From Myxococcota bacterium (GTDB taxonomy: Bacteria; Myxococcota_A; UBA9160; SZUA-336), in the NCBI GenBank assembly GCA_965247115.1, contig CBDFGR010000002.1, positions 1,248,001 to 1,312,000 on the forward strand: a DNA stretch of 64,000 bases, given 5' to 3'. Position 1 is the stretch's first letter; every line of letters begins with the position of its first letter. The notes under the pieces were generated by a model. It had not been told where the DNA came from. It did no database searches and saw only the letters and a list, made by a program, of their open reading frames with translations. The position numbers were made by a program, and so were the translations under genes. Shown in pieces: positions 1 through 9,818 of the stretch.

Positions 1-282
1 TCGATCTTCTGGGTCCACGGATTGTCCGACGGGGCCGGGACGAAGAAGTTCACCTCTACAGCGGGCAGGAATGGCATCCTCGCTGCACAGGAGAGAGAGG
101 CCAATCCAATCAGAGCTACTGCAATCCCGAGGCCGCGCATTCGAAGAGTCCTCACGTCTAGCAGAACGATCCGAGCAGCCCCTCCAGGGGGCTGGAATCG
201 GTCTACCGGGCCTGCGACTTGAGCGGCCGGGAGTCACGCCTCGGGACCTCCGAGGCGTTGTTGCACAGGAGCGACATCACGC

Positions 283-340
283 AGCGCAGACGACGCTCAG
301 AAGCGCAGACGACGCCCAGAAGCGCGGGCGATGCTTCAGA
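283..340. repeat. Short tandem repeat, ~19-bp unit x3 (AGCGCAGACGACGCYCAGA, third copy degenerate)
   Basis: Units at 283-301, 302-320 and 321-340 with no spacers; overlaps the stop codon of the neighbouring minus-strand gene. Confidence 0.6.
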
Positions 341-1577
341 AGAACCAGTCGACCTGGATGTAGAACAGGCCCGGCACGTCCGCGTACGCGGCGTCCTTCT
401 TGTCGCTCCCGATGAAGAGCTGTACGCCCACGCTGATCTCGAGATCGGAGCGCGGGCTGTACGCCAGCGAAGGAACCAGGGCCTCGCTGGGTCCGTTCCA
501 GTCGTGTAGCCACAGCACGTTCCCGGTCAGGAGCGGTGTGAACTCGTACCCGACCATGAAGGCCGTCGTGTGGAGCACGCGAGAGGGAAGACGGGAAACG
601 GCCGCAAACCCCTCCTGCTCCAGCCGACCGAGGATCGGCGCCAGGCTACCAAGCCCCGCGAGGGCCCCGAAGTCCTCCGCATCGACAAGGTCCTCGTTGT
701 ACGAGTGCTCGACGAGCGCGTAGAGCCCGTTGCCCACGCCGAAGGTGTAGTCGGCCGAGCCCACGACCTGCCAGATGCGCCCGCCCGACTTGAGGTGGGT
801 GAAGGTGGCCTCCGCCCGCACTGCCGCTCCGGCGACGTTCCGCGCGAAGTCCGCGCCGAACACCCAGTCCTTGGCGATGCGGCCGACCATGACCGCGGCA
901 TCGAGCTCGATGGTGCTGAGCTCGAGACGTCCCACGGCTCGATGCTGGTCGGGGTCGTCCTGCGGCGACCAGATACCCACGCCCCAGAGCTCAGGAGTGA
1001 GACGAACGCGCACGAGCGCGGCGTCCTGGCCAATGCGCTGGTTCGACTCGATGGCCAGCGCCGGAATCGGATTGAACAGATCGGTGGGGTTCCAGATGCG
1101 ACCCCTGCCGAGTGCGATCCGCTGCCGGCCCAGTGTCACCTCGAGGCCGTCGCCCTCGTAGCGCACCCAGGCGCGATAGAGAAGGTGGCGCCAGAACCCG
1201 TCGCGGTGATCCGAGATCGTCCGATCCCAGTCGAACCACGTCGCGAACGGGATCTCCTTGCTGAGCTGGAAGGACACCGAGTCGAGCGCCGAGCCGGTGA
1301 AGAACTCGCTGTCGTAGGTGATCCAGCCCGAGATGCGGTCACCGTAGGTGCCCTCGAGGCTCACTCTCGCCCGCTCGAGCAGCAGCCCGCTGTCGCTGCG
1401 TCGCGTCGATCCGTCGACGAGCAGCCCTTCTGCATCGATGCTGCGCGTGTGGCGAAAGAGCGTCCGCAGGCTCCCCGAGAGCTCGAGATGGAGCTCCCCG
1501 CTCTCGAACTCTACCCCGCGTGCTGGGCTCGCAATCAGGAGCGAGAGGGCCGCCAGCCACAGCGGCAGACGCGTCAC
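336..1577 (-). CDS. Putative outer-membrane beta-barrel protein associated with the ABC transporter operon
   Basis: N-terminal signal peptide, amphipathic beta-strand pattern, GRQRI..G.G..WNPTD motif, C-terminal aromatic residues (DWFF); coupled to the ATPase gene. Confidence 0.7.
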   Translation of the reverse strand: MTRLPLWLAALSLLIASPARGVEFESGELHLELSGSLRTLFRHTRSIDAEGLLVDGSTRRSDSGLLLERARVSLEGTYGDRISGWITYDSEFFTGSALDSVSFQLSKEIPFATWFDWDRTISDHRDGFWRHLLYRAWVRYEGDGLEVTLGRQRIALGRGRIWNPTDLFNPIPALAIESNQRIGQDAALVRVRLTPELWGVGIWSPQDDPDQHRAVGRLELSTIELDAAVMVGRIAKDWVFGADFARNVAGAAVRAEATFTHLKSGGRIWQVVGSADYTFGVGNGLYALVEHSYNEDLVDAEDFGALAGLGSLAPILGRLEQEGFAAVSRLPSRVLHTTAFMVGYEFTPLLTGNVLWLHDWNGPSEALVPSLAYSPRSDLEISVGVQLFIGSDKKDAAYADVPGLFYIQVDWFF

Positions 1578-2269
1578 GGGTCGCGCCGTTCGTCGCTCTC
1601 GATCTGGCCATCCGACAGGCTCACGATGCGCCGCGCTCTCCGCATGACGCGGGGATCGTGGGTGCTGAACAGGAAAGTCACGCCGCGTTCCTCGTTCATC
1701 CGCAGCATCAGGTCGAGCAGCGACTCCGCTGTCTTGGAGTCCAGATTCGCGGTCGGCTCGTCTGCAAGGACGATTTCGGGGGCCGAAACGATCGCGCGGG
1801 CGACGGCGACGCGCTGCTGCTGGCCGCCGCTCATCTCCCCCGGTCGTTTGTCCGAGAGCTCGGCGAGCCCGAGCTCCTCGAGCAGAAGGTGCGAGCGGCG
1901 TCGTCGCTCGCGCGCCGACACGCCCTGCAGCAGCAGCACGAACTCCACGTTCTCAACGGCCGAGAGCACCGGCACCAGGTTATAGGCTTGGAACACGAAG
2001 CCAAGTTTTCTCAGTCGCAGATCGGCGCGCTCGGCCTCAGACATCTCCGTCGTATCGACGCCGTCGACCAGCACCCGTCCCTCCGTGGGGCGGTCTAGCG
2101 TTCCCAGCTGGTTCAGGAGCGTGGTCTTGCCCGAGCCAGACGGCCCACACAGCGTCGAGAACTCCCCGTGCTCCACGCTGAGCGAGACGTCGGCGATCGC
2201 ACGCGTCTCGACCTCACCATCCCGGTAGGTCTTCGTCACTCTGTCCGCTTCGAGGATCGTCTCTGCCAT
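1574..2269 (-). CDS. ABC transporter ATP-binding protein, LolD/MacB-like
   Basis: Walker A GPSGSGKT, signature MSGGQQQRVA, Walker B LADEPT, H-loop STHD; start placed at ATG 2269. Confidence 0.92.
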   Translation of the reverse strand: MAETILEADRVTKTYRDGEVETRAIADVSLSVEHGEFSTLCGPSGSGKTTLLNQLGTLDRPTEGRVLVDGVDTTEMSEAERADLRLRKLGFVFQAYNLVPVLSAVENVEFVLLLQGVSARERRRRSHLLLEELGLAELSDKRPGEMSGGQQQRVAVARAIVSAPEIVLADEPTANLDSKTAESLLDLMLRMNEERGVTFLFSTHDPRVMRRARRIVSLSDGQIESDERRDP

Positions 2270-2280
2270 TCCGACTCTAC

Positions 2281-3519
2281 CTAGACGTGCCGCAGGGCCT
2301 CGGCTGGGCGAAGGCGGGCGGCCTTGAGAGCCGGCCACAGGGCCGAGATCACGGCCGTCACGACGGCCAAGGTGACGGGAACCGCTACGTCCGCAAGCTC
2401 GACGGCGGGGTACATCCGCACTCCGATCCCGTAGTCCCCCAAGGCATCGGAGAAAGCCGAGATCTCCAGCCCCACCTCGCCCACCCAGAGCACGACGGGA
2501 ATGCCGATCCCCAGCCCGACCAGCGTCCCGGCCACGGTCAGGAGCAGCGACTCCAGCAGGACGAGCGCGATCAGGCGACGCGCCTGCAGGCCGAGAGCAC
2601 GCATCACACCGAACTCGCGGATTCGCTCGTAGACCGCAGTAAGGAGCACGTTCGCGATTCCGAAGGCCATGGCGACGAACACCACGGCATAGAAGATCCA
2701 GCGAACGTTGCTCATCAAGTCGAGCATGGCCGCGAGGCGCGGCTCGCGCTCCTGCCAGGTCAGGACCTCCAGTCGCTGCTCGGGCAGGACCTCGCCCAGG
2801 CGCGTTCGCGACCAGGCCTGCACGACGGTCCCGGCGTCCGGATCGTCGACCGCCGCGACCACGGCCGTGATCCTGTCGCCGACGTCGAGAAGCCGCTGCG
2901 CGTCCTCGAGCGCAACGAACAAGAATACCTGATCGAAGGCCGTGGACACGGTGCGGTAAATTCCGCCGACGCGGAACGCCCCCAGTCCGTAGTCGCCGGG
3001 AACGCGCACCACGACCTTGTCGCCCAGTCCTACCCGAAGCCGCTCCGCGAGCTCGGCGCCGACCAGAATGGGACGGTTCCGGCGACCGGCCGGCACCTCC
3101 AGATAGGACCCCGCGACCAGCGAGTCCGCCACGCTCGAGACGTCGCGCTCGAGAGTCGGCACCACGCCCACCAGTACGGCGCGCGAGCTGCGGCGCGCGC
3201 TCTGAATCAAGCCCCCGCCCTGCAGGCGCGGCGCGGCATGCACGCCGCTACGTGTCGAGAGCTCCTCGACGATCCGGCGACCAGAGTCCGGGATGCTCCG
3301 ATCCGGATCCGGGCTCGCATGGTAACCCTCTGCGTGGACAGCGAGGTGGCCCAGCTGGGTCCGCACCGCTGTGTCCGTCATCTGCTTCATCAAGCCGAGC
3401 ATCCAGGCCATCAGCACCAGCATTCCCCACAGACCGATGGTGATCGCGGTCACGACGATCGCGCTGCGTCGCCAGCCGCGCCACAAGTTGCGCCAGGCGA
3501 TCCGCACGAGCACACCCAC
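2281..3519 (-). CDS. ABC transporter permease, FtsX/LolC-E family
   Basis: AWRNLWR N-terminus, large periplasmic loop, ERIREFGVMRALG motif, C-terminal TM helices. Confidence 0.9.
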   Translation of the reverse strand: MGVLVRIAWRNLWRGWRRSAIVVTAITIGLWGMLVLMAWMLGLMKQMTDTAVRTQLGHLAVHAEGYHASPDPDRSIPDSGRRIVEELSTRSGVHAAPRLQGGGLIQSARRSSRAVLVGVVPTLERDVSSVADSLVAGSYLEVPAGRRNRPILVGAELAERLRVGLGDKVVVRVPGDYGLGAFRVGGIYRTVSTAFDQVFLFVALEDAQRLLDVGDRITAVVAAVDDPDAGTVVQAWSRTRLGEVLPEQRLEVLTWQEREPRLAAMLDLMSNVRWIFYAVVFVAMAFGIANVLLTAVYERIREFGVMRALGLQARRLIALVLLESLLLTVAGTLVGLGIGIPVVLWVGEVGLEISAFSDALGDYGIGVRMYPAVELADVAVPVTLAVVTAVISALWPALKAARLRPAEALRHV

Positions 3520-3520
3520 T

Positions 3521-4759
3521 TCAGGTCTCGCGGAGCGCGTCGACGGGACGGCCGCGGGCTGCCCGTACCGCAGGTGGCAGCGCGGCGAGCAGGGCCACCA
3601 CGCTCAGCGCCAGGGCCGTGCCCACAAGCTGACGGGCGCTGAGCTGGACCTCCATCACCGCGTCGATCTCGAAGAGCTTCGCCATCTCCGCGAGCTCCCC
3701 AGTTGCGATGGGAAGCGGGTGCGCCGTGAGCCAGAGCAGCAGCGGCACGGCGACGCCAAAGCCCAGCGCGAAGCCGAGCAGCGAGAGCTGGAACGACTCC
3801 AGCATGACGAGCGCGAACACCCCCCGCGGCTTCAGGCCCAGCGCCCGGAGCACGCCGAACTCGTGCACGCGCTCGAAGACGGACATCAGGACGGTGTTGA
3901 GCAGCCCGAAGCCAACGACCACGATGATCACGGCGAGGGACAGCCAGCCCCCGACGCGGTCCATCAGCATCAACTGGATCACCTCGGGGACGAGCTGCTC
4001 CCAGGAAAGGATCTCATAGTTCGTGTCGGGGAACAGGCTCAGCAGCTGGGGGCCGAGGGGCGCGACGGCATCGCTGTCCTCCACGAAGAAGGCGACGTGA
4101 GAGACGGCCTGGCCGACTTCCAGGAACTCCTGGAGCGTCTGCAGGTCGATCAGCGCGGCGTAGCCGTCGAAGTCCCCGAGGCCGACCTCTATGGTACCCA
4201 GCACCGGGAAGCGATCGGCGGACTGAGAGCCGTAGTAGTCCGCTGCGATCAGGATCACGCTGTCCCCGGCGCCAACGCCGAGATTCCGGGCGAGCACTTC
4301 GCCCAGGACGAGACCACGCACCTGTGCCGCAGAACCTCGCGCATCTTCCAGCGAGCTCCCCAGCTTTGTGAGCACGCTCTCTCTGTCCAAATCCACTCCG
4401 ATCAGCCAGGCGGGCCGGCCTCGGGAGCCCTCGCGATCGGGCATGGCCAGCGCCCAGGACTCGAGCCGCGGCGCCCAGCCCTCGACCAGCGACAGCCCGT
4501 CGAGCTCCCGGCGCGAGTCCGCGTCGAGCGTCATCCCGTAGTCCAGCGTGCGGTGCTCCCGATAGCCCGCAAGGCTGACCTCGTAGTGCCCGGGATAGAC
4601 CCGCACGGTGTTCTCGATCCAGCGCTCGTAACTCCCCTTCTGAATGGCGAGCGTGGTGAGGGTCAGGGCGCTTGCGAACATCGCCGCGGCCGTCGTGAGC
4701 GCGGTGCGACGGCGGTTGCGGCCCAGGTTCCGCCACGCGAGCTGGAGCAGCGCGATCAA
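3521..4759 (-). CDS. ABC transporter permease, FtsX/LolC-E family (second subunit)
   Basis: AWRNLGRNRRR and ERVHEFGVLRALG motifs; TTG start at 4759 overlaps the upstream stop. Confidence 0.88.
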   Translation of the reverse strand: MIALLQLAWRNLGRNRRRTALTTAAAMFASALTLTTLAIQKGSYERWIENTVRVYPGHYEVSLAGYREHRTLDYGMTLDADSRRELDGLSLVEGWAPRLESWALAMPDREGSRGRPAWLIGVDLDRESVLTKLGSSLEDARGSAAQVRGLVLGEVLARNLGVGAGDSVILIAADYYGSQSADRFPVLGTIEVGLGDFDGYAALIDLQTLQEFLEVGQAVSHVAFFVEDSDAVAPLGPQLLSLFPDTNYEILSWEQLVPEVIQLMLMDRVGGWLSLAVIIVVVGFGLLNTVLMSVFERVHEFGVLRALGLKPRGVFALVMLESFQLSLLGFALGFGVAVPLLLWLTAHPLPIATGELAEMAKLFEIDAVMEVQLSARQLVGTALALSVVALLAALPPAVRAARGRPVDALRET

Positions 4760-5589
4760 CGCGCCCGCTCCGCCCGCCGGAGGTTCTGCTGCGTGAAGAT
4801 CCCGTCCTCGAACTTCTGGTCCAGCTCGACGGACTCGATCGTCATGCTCGTGCTCTGCCCCGGCTTGTCGACGGGGACGATCTCCCAGAAATGGGGCATC
4901 GGGCGGCCCTGGACCTCGCGAATGTCCGAGAAGCTCATGCGCCGCAGCAGCTCGTACTCGCCCGGCGCGGGCTCGTCGTAGTACAGGTACACGAGCGGGG
5001 CGAGCCGCTCCTTCTCGAGCCAAAGCTCGACCCGAGCCCAGACTACCGGTGCCTCTTCCTTCGGAATGAGGTCCACGCCGAGCGCGGTTACGCCGTCGAT
5101 GAGCTTCTCGCCGAGCGCCTCTGGCCTGTAGTCGTCGATCATCGAGGAGTCGCGGGCCAGGTCGTCGTTCGTGAAGTCACTGCCCATCCAGGGTTGCAGC
5201 ATCATCGAGGGCGGGATGCGCATGGTCCGCTCCACCCGCGGAAGGTAAGTCCAGAAGGTCTCCTCGAGCCGCAGGAAGCCGACGCCCCGGTCCTTGCTCG
5301 GCTCGATAATGCGGATGAAGCTGCGATCTCCCAGCCTGTCGTCCCAGGAGTGGAACTTGACCTCCCGTGTCCAGCGCGGGGTGGTGATGACCATGACAGC
5401 GCGCATCTCGGCCGTGTCTCCCCGCAGGGCGTCCTCGGCCCGGCGAACGACCTCGGCCGCGTCGAACGGCTCCTCGCCGCCCGCCGAGAGGACAAAGAGC
5501 GGGGTGAGAAGCAGGAGCAACCGACTCAGCCGGGCAGCTACGCGCTCAGAGACGGCCGCCGGAGGAACGTTCGCACCGTGTCTATCCAC
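4756..5589 (-). CDS. Outer-membrane lipoprotein-sorting (LolA-like) periplasmic protein
   Basis: W.YLP..ER..RI...MM.Q.WMGSDFTNDDL motif typical of LolA-like proteins; hydrophobic signal segment; start uncertain. Confidence 0.8.
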   Translation of the reverse strand: MDRHGANVPPAAVSERVAARLSRLLLLLTPLFVLSAGGEEPFDAAEVVRRAEDALRGDTAEMRAVMVITTPRWTREVKFHSWDDRLGDRSFIRIIEPSKDRGVGFLRLEETFWTYLPRVERTMRIPPSMMLQPWMGSDFTNDDLARDSSMIDDYRPEALGEKLIDGVTALGVDLIPKEEAPVVWARVELWLEKERLAPLVYLYYDEPAPGEYELLRRMSFSDIREVQGRPMPHFWEIVPVDKPGQSTSMTIESVELDQKFEDGIFTQQNLRRAERAR

Positions 5590-5716
5590 CGACGTGTTTG
5601 TACCAACGTGACCTCCTGGGCGCAAAGCAACCTCGGCCCGTAGGGGCGCGCGACCGCTCGCGCGCCGGGACCCACAAGATTTGGCGGGATCGCACGGCAA
5701 CAGGTATGAACTGTGG

Positions 5717-8700
5717 ATGGCCAAACCTGGCGGACGTCGTTCCTATCCAAACGTGGATCCTCAGCCGAGCTTCCCCGAGATCGAGCAGCGGGTGCTCGAC
5801 CGCTGGCGCCGGGACAAGACCTTCCTCGCCTCGCTGGAGGGACGCGCTGCCGGAGAGGACGGCTCCAACGAGTACGTCTTTTTCGATGGTCCCCCGTTCG
5901 CGAACGGGCTGCCGCATTACGGTCATCTGCTCACGGGGTACGTGAAGGACATCATCCCGCGCTACCAGACGCTCCGCGGGCGCAGGGTGGAGCGTCGCTT
6001 CGGCTGGGATTGCCACGGTCTTCCCGCCGAGCTGGAGGCCGAGCAGGAGCTCGGCATCTCGGGTCGGGTCGCGATCGCGGACTACGGCATCGAGCGCTTC
6101 AACGAGTACTGCCGCACGTCAGTGCTGCGGTACACGGAGGCGTGGCAGGAGTCCGTCACGCGGCAGGCCCGCTGGGTCGACTTCAAGCACGACTACAAGA
6201 CGATGGACCTCTCCTACATGGAGAGCATCATCTGGGCGTTCAAGCAGCTCTGGGACAAGGACCTCATCTACGAAGGCTATCGCGTCATGCCCTACTCGTG
6301 GGCGGCGCAGACCCCGCTTTCGAACTTCGAGACCCGCCTCGACGACTCGTATCGAGAGCGCCAGGATCCCGCCATCACCGTTCGCGTCGCACTCGAGCCG
6401 GATTCGGGAGATGGAGGACCGACGGATCTCCTGGTGTGGACGACGACGCCCTGGACCCTCCCCTCGAACCTCGCGATCGCAGTGGGCCCGGAGATCGAGT
6501 ACGCCGTTTTCGAGCTCGAAGGACGTCGCCTGATCCTGGGGGAGGGTACAGTCGCCAAGTACGAATCCCGACTCCAGGACGCGCGCCGCGTCGGCAGCAT
6601 CCGCGGGCGCGAGCTGGCCGGCCGCCGCTACGTACCGCTCTATCCCTGGTTCGAGAGCAACCCGCGCAGCTTCCGGATCCTTGCCGCGGAGTTCGTCGAC
6701 ACCGAGGAGGGTACGGGGGTCGTGCATCTGGCGCCGGGTTTCGGCGAGGAGGACCTCGAGATCTGCAACGGCGCCGAGATTCCCGTTGTGTGCCCCGTCG
6801 ACATCGACGGAAAGTTCACGAGCGAGGTGCCAGCCTACGAGGGCCAGCTGGTCTTCGACGCAAATCGCCCCATCATCCGGGAGCTGCAGGCGCGAGGCGC
6901 GCTGTTCAGCGAAGACAGCTACCTGCACAACTACCCGCACTGCTGGCGCACGGGAGAGCCGCTCATCTACAGGGCCATGAGCTCGTGGTTCGTCAAGGTC
7001 ACGGCCCTCCGCGAGCGGATGCTGGAGCTGAACCAGCAGATCCGCTGGGTGCCCGAGCACATCCGCGACGGGCAGTTTGGCCGCTGGCTCGAGGGCGCGC
7101 GCGACTGGTCCATCAGTCGCAACCGCTTCTGGGGCTCGCCCATCCCGGTCTGGCGCAGCGATAACCCAGCACATCCCCGGATCGACGTCTACGGGAGCCT
7201 GGACGAGCTCGAGACCGACTTCGGCGTCCGGCTCCACGACCTGCACAGGCCGGGGATCGACGAGCTCGTGCGGCCGAATCCGGACGATCCCAGCGGACGC
7301 AGCATGATGCGCAGGGTGCCAGACGTGCTCGACTGCTGGTTCGAGTCCGGCTCCATGCCCTACGCCCAGGTGCACTATCCCTTCGAGAACAGCGACTGGT
7401 TCGAGAAGCACTTCCCCGCGGACTTCATCGTCGAGTACATCGCCCAGACCCGCGGCTGGTTCTACACGCTCATGGTGCTGTCGACCGCGCTGTTCGACAA
7501 GCCGCCCTTTACGAACTGCATCTGCCACGGCGTGGTGCTCGACGAGAACGGCAAGAAGCTCAGCAAGAGCCTGCGCAACTACCCAAACCCCGATGAGATG
7601 TTCGACACCTATGGCGCAGACGCACTGCGCTGGTTTCTCGTCGCCTCGCCGATCCTGCGCGGGAGCGACCTCCAGATCGATCGGGAGGGCCAGGCGATCC
7701 GCGAGGTCGTACGCCTCGTTCTCAAGCCCATCTGGAACTCCTACAGCTTCTTCTGCCTGTACGCGAACGCGGAGAACATCCGGGCCGCGTTCGGCACCGA
7801 CTCCGAGCAGCTGCTGGACCGTTACTTGGTCGCAAAGACGCGAGACCTGGTGGACGGTGTAGCCGAGGATTTCGACGCGTACGACATCCCGGCAGCCTGT
7901 CAGCGGATCACGAGCTTCATCGACGCGCTCAACAACTGGTACATCCGTCGCAGCCGACCGCGCTTCTGGAGTCAGGAGAAGAGCGCGGACAAGATCGACG
8001 CCTACAACACGCTCTACACAGTGATGCACGTGCTGCTCCGCGCCGCTAGCCCGCTGCTTCCGCTGATCAGCGAGGAGATCTTCAAGGGACTCACGGGGGA
8101 GCGCAGCGTCCACCTGTGCGATTGGCCGGACGCCAGCGCGCTAACCCGTGACGCCGAGCTTGTAGCGTCGATGGATCGTGTTCGCGAGATCTGCTCCACC
8201 GCGCTGGCGCTGCGCCGGGCGCACGACGTGCGGGTGCGCCAGCCCCTGCGTGGCCTCACGGTCGCGGGCAGCGACCTCGGAGGACTGGCATCGCTCACCG
8301 ACCTGATCCGCGACGAGGTCAACGTGAAGGAGGTCGTGCTCACTCCGGAGATCGACCGCTACGCGAGCTTCCGGTTGCAGGTGAACGCGCGGGCGCTCGG
8401 GAGTCGCCTCGGCAAGAAGATGCAAGACGTCATCAAGTGCGCGAAGGCGGGAGAATGGGCTCGGCTCGACGGCGGACGCGTCGAGGTCGCCGGGGAGATC
8501 CTCGAGGAAGGCAACTTCAGCCTCAAGCTCGACGCGAAGAAAGACGTCGCCTGCCAGGCGCTGGGATCGAACGACGCGATCGTGATCCTGGATCTGGAGC
8601 TCGATGTCGAGCTCGAGCAGGAAGGGCAAGCCCGCGACATCGTGCGCGCCGTTCAGCAGGCGCGCCGAGATGCAGACTTGCACGTCGTCGACCGCATTCA

Positions 8701-8890
8701 CCTGGTGCTCGACGTTCCAGAGGGCTGGGAAGACGCGGCGAGCCGCTTCGGCGATTACATCGCCGAGCAGACATTGGCGCTGCAGCTCGACGTCTCGGCC
8801 AGCGCCGCCGACTCGAGCTTCGCGCGTCACGACGCATCTGTCAGCGGGCAACCGATCGGCATCAGCTTGAAGGTCCTACCGAGCCCGTAG
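5717..8890 (+). CDS. ileS: Isoleucine--tRNA ligase (type 2, eukaryote-like)
   Basis: DGPPFANGLPHYGH (HIGH), KLSKS (KMSKS), WTTTPWTLPSN, DCWFESGSMPYAQ.HYPFEN; long C-terminus without the type-1 zinc finger. Confidence 0.96.
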   Translation: MAKPGGRRSYPNVDPQPSFPEIEQRVLDRWRRDKTFLASLEGRAAGEDGSNEYVFFDGPPFANGLPHYGHLLTGYVKDIIPRYQTLRGRRVERRFGWDCHGLPAELEAEQELGISGRVAIADYGIERFNEYCRTSVLRYTEAWQESVTRQARWVDFKHDYKTMDLSYMESIIWAFKQLWDKDLIYEGYRVMPYSWAAQTPLSNFETRLDDSYRERQDPAITVRVALEPDSGDGGPTDLLVWTTTPWTLPSNLAIAVGPEIEYAVFELEGRRLILGEGTVAKYESRLQDARRVGSIRGRELAGRRYVPLYPWFESNPRSFRILAAEFVDTEEGTGVVHLAPGFGEEDLEICNGAEIPVVCPVDIDGKFTSEVPAYEGQLVFDANRPIIRELQARGALFSEDSYLHNYPHCWRTGEPLIYRAMSSWFVKVTALRERMLELNQQIRWVPEHIRDGQFGRWLEGARDWSISRNRFWGSPIPVWRSDNPAHPRIDVYGSLDELETDFGVRLHDLHRPGIDELVRPNPDDPSGRSMMRRVPDVLDCWFESGSMPYAQVHYPFENSDWFEKHFPADFIVEYIAQTRGWFYTLMVLSTALFDKPPFTNCICHGVVLDENGKKLSKSLRNYPNPDEMFDTYGADALRWFLVASPILRGSDLQIDREGQAIREVVRLVLKPIWNSYSFFCLYANAENIRAAFGTDSEQLLDRYLVAKTRDLVDGVAEDFDAYDIPAACQRITSFIDALNNWYIRRSRPRFWSQEKSADKIDAYNTLYTVMHVLLRAASPLLPLISEEIFKGLTGERSVHLCDWPDASALTRDAELVASMDRVREICSTALALRRAHDVRVRQPLRGLTVAGSDLGGLASLTDLIRDEVNVKEVVLTPEIDRYASFRLQVNARALGSRLGKKMQDVIKCAKAGEWARLDGGRVEVAGEILEEGNFSLKLDAKKDVACQALGSNDAIVILDLELDVELEQEGQARDIVRAVQQARRDADLHVVDRIHLVLDVPEGWEDAASRFGDYIAEQTLALQLDVSASAADSSFARHDASVSGQPIGISLKVLPSP

Positions 8891-8971
8891 CTCGCTGAGC
8901 TCCGATTCGCATGGCGCCCAGGAGCACTGGTAGGATGACGAGCGTCCAACACCGAGAGGAGAGAGCCCAGC

Positions 8972-9781
8972 ATGTCCGAGCGCGTATCGATCGAGATCAA
9001 AGACGGGATCGCCGACGTTCGCCTGAACCGACCGGAGAAGATGAACGCGATCGACGCCGCCATGTTCAACGGGCTCGTTGCTGCCGGCCGAAAGCTCGCC
9101 GAAGACGCGTCTGTGCGCGTCGTCGTCCTCTCTGGAGAGGGTCGCGCGTTCTGTGCGGGTCTCGACTTCTCGAGCTTCCAGGCCATGGAAGGCTCCGAGC
9201 GGGACGAGAATGTCGAGAGCGTCTTCGGGCGCGACGGTGAGAGTCCCGCAAATGCGGGTCAGCGGGCTGCCTTCATCTGGCAGGAGCTTCCGATGCCGGT
9301 GATCGCCGCTGTGCACGGACCCGCTTTCGGCGGCGGCCTGCAGATCGCGCTGGGCGCCGACATCCGCTACGTGCGGCCTGACGCTCAGCTCTCGGTCATG
9401 GAGGTCAAGTGGGGACTCGTGCCCGACATAAGCGGCACGCAGACACTACGGCACATCACCTCGCTCGACGTGGTGAAGGAGCTGGCCTTCACGGGCAGGG
9501 TCATCAACGGCACAGAGGCCGTGAAGCTTGGCCTCGCGACCCGCGTCGCCGAAAACCCCCGGGAGGAGGCCATGGAGACGGCGCGTGAGATCGCCTCCAA
9601 GTCCCCAGACGCCATCCGTGCGATAAAGCGTCTCCTGAACGACTCCGTGCAGTCGACGCTCGCAGACGGCCTCCAGCTCGAAGCCAAGCTCCAAGCCTCG
9701 CTCATCGGCCGCCCGAACCAAACCGAAGCCGTAAAGGCAAACCTGGCCCGCCGCGACCCAAACTTCGAAGACCCCACCTAG
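8972..9781 (+). CDS. Enoyl-CoA hydratase/isomerase (crotonase family)
   Basis: LNRPEKMNA, AFCAGLD, AFGGG.QIALGADIR, MEVKWGLVPD motifs. Confidence 0.92.
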   Translation: MSERVSIEIKDGIADVRLNRPEKMNAIDAAMFNGLVAAGRKLAEDASVRVVVLSGEGRAFCAGLDFSSFQAMEGSERDENVESVFGRDGESPANAGQRAAFIWQELPMPVIAAVHGPAFGGGLQIALGADIRYVRPDAQLSVMEVKWGLVPDISGTQTLRHITSLDVVKELAFTGRVINGTEAVKLGLATRVAENPREEAMETAREIASKSPDAIRAIKRLLNDSVQSTLADGLQLEAKLQASLIGRPNQTEAVKANLARRDPNFEDPT

Positions 9782-9818
9782 CAGCGAACCAAGAAGTTAA
9801 GATTGGGGACGGGGGCAG

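Noticed and set aside
1..77. Possible minus-strand gene start (MPFLPAVEVNFFVPAPSDNPWTQKI) running off the window
   Set aside because: Only 25 codons visible and no recognisable motif
283..340. Short repeats as a CRISPR array
   Set aside because: The units are contiguous with no spacers and there are no cas genes
570..8113. Long antisense or alternative-frame ORFs (570-1985, 2287-3642, 3371-4981, 5713-7164, 6119-8113)
   Set aside because: Shadow ORFs of well-supported genes, expected in high-GC DNA
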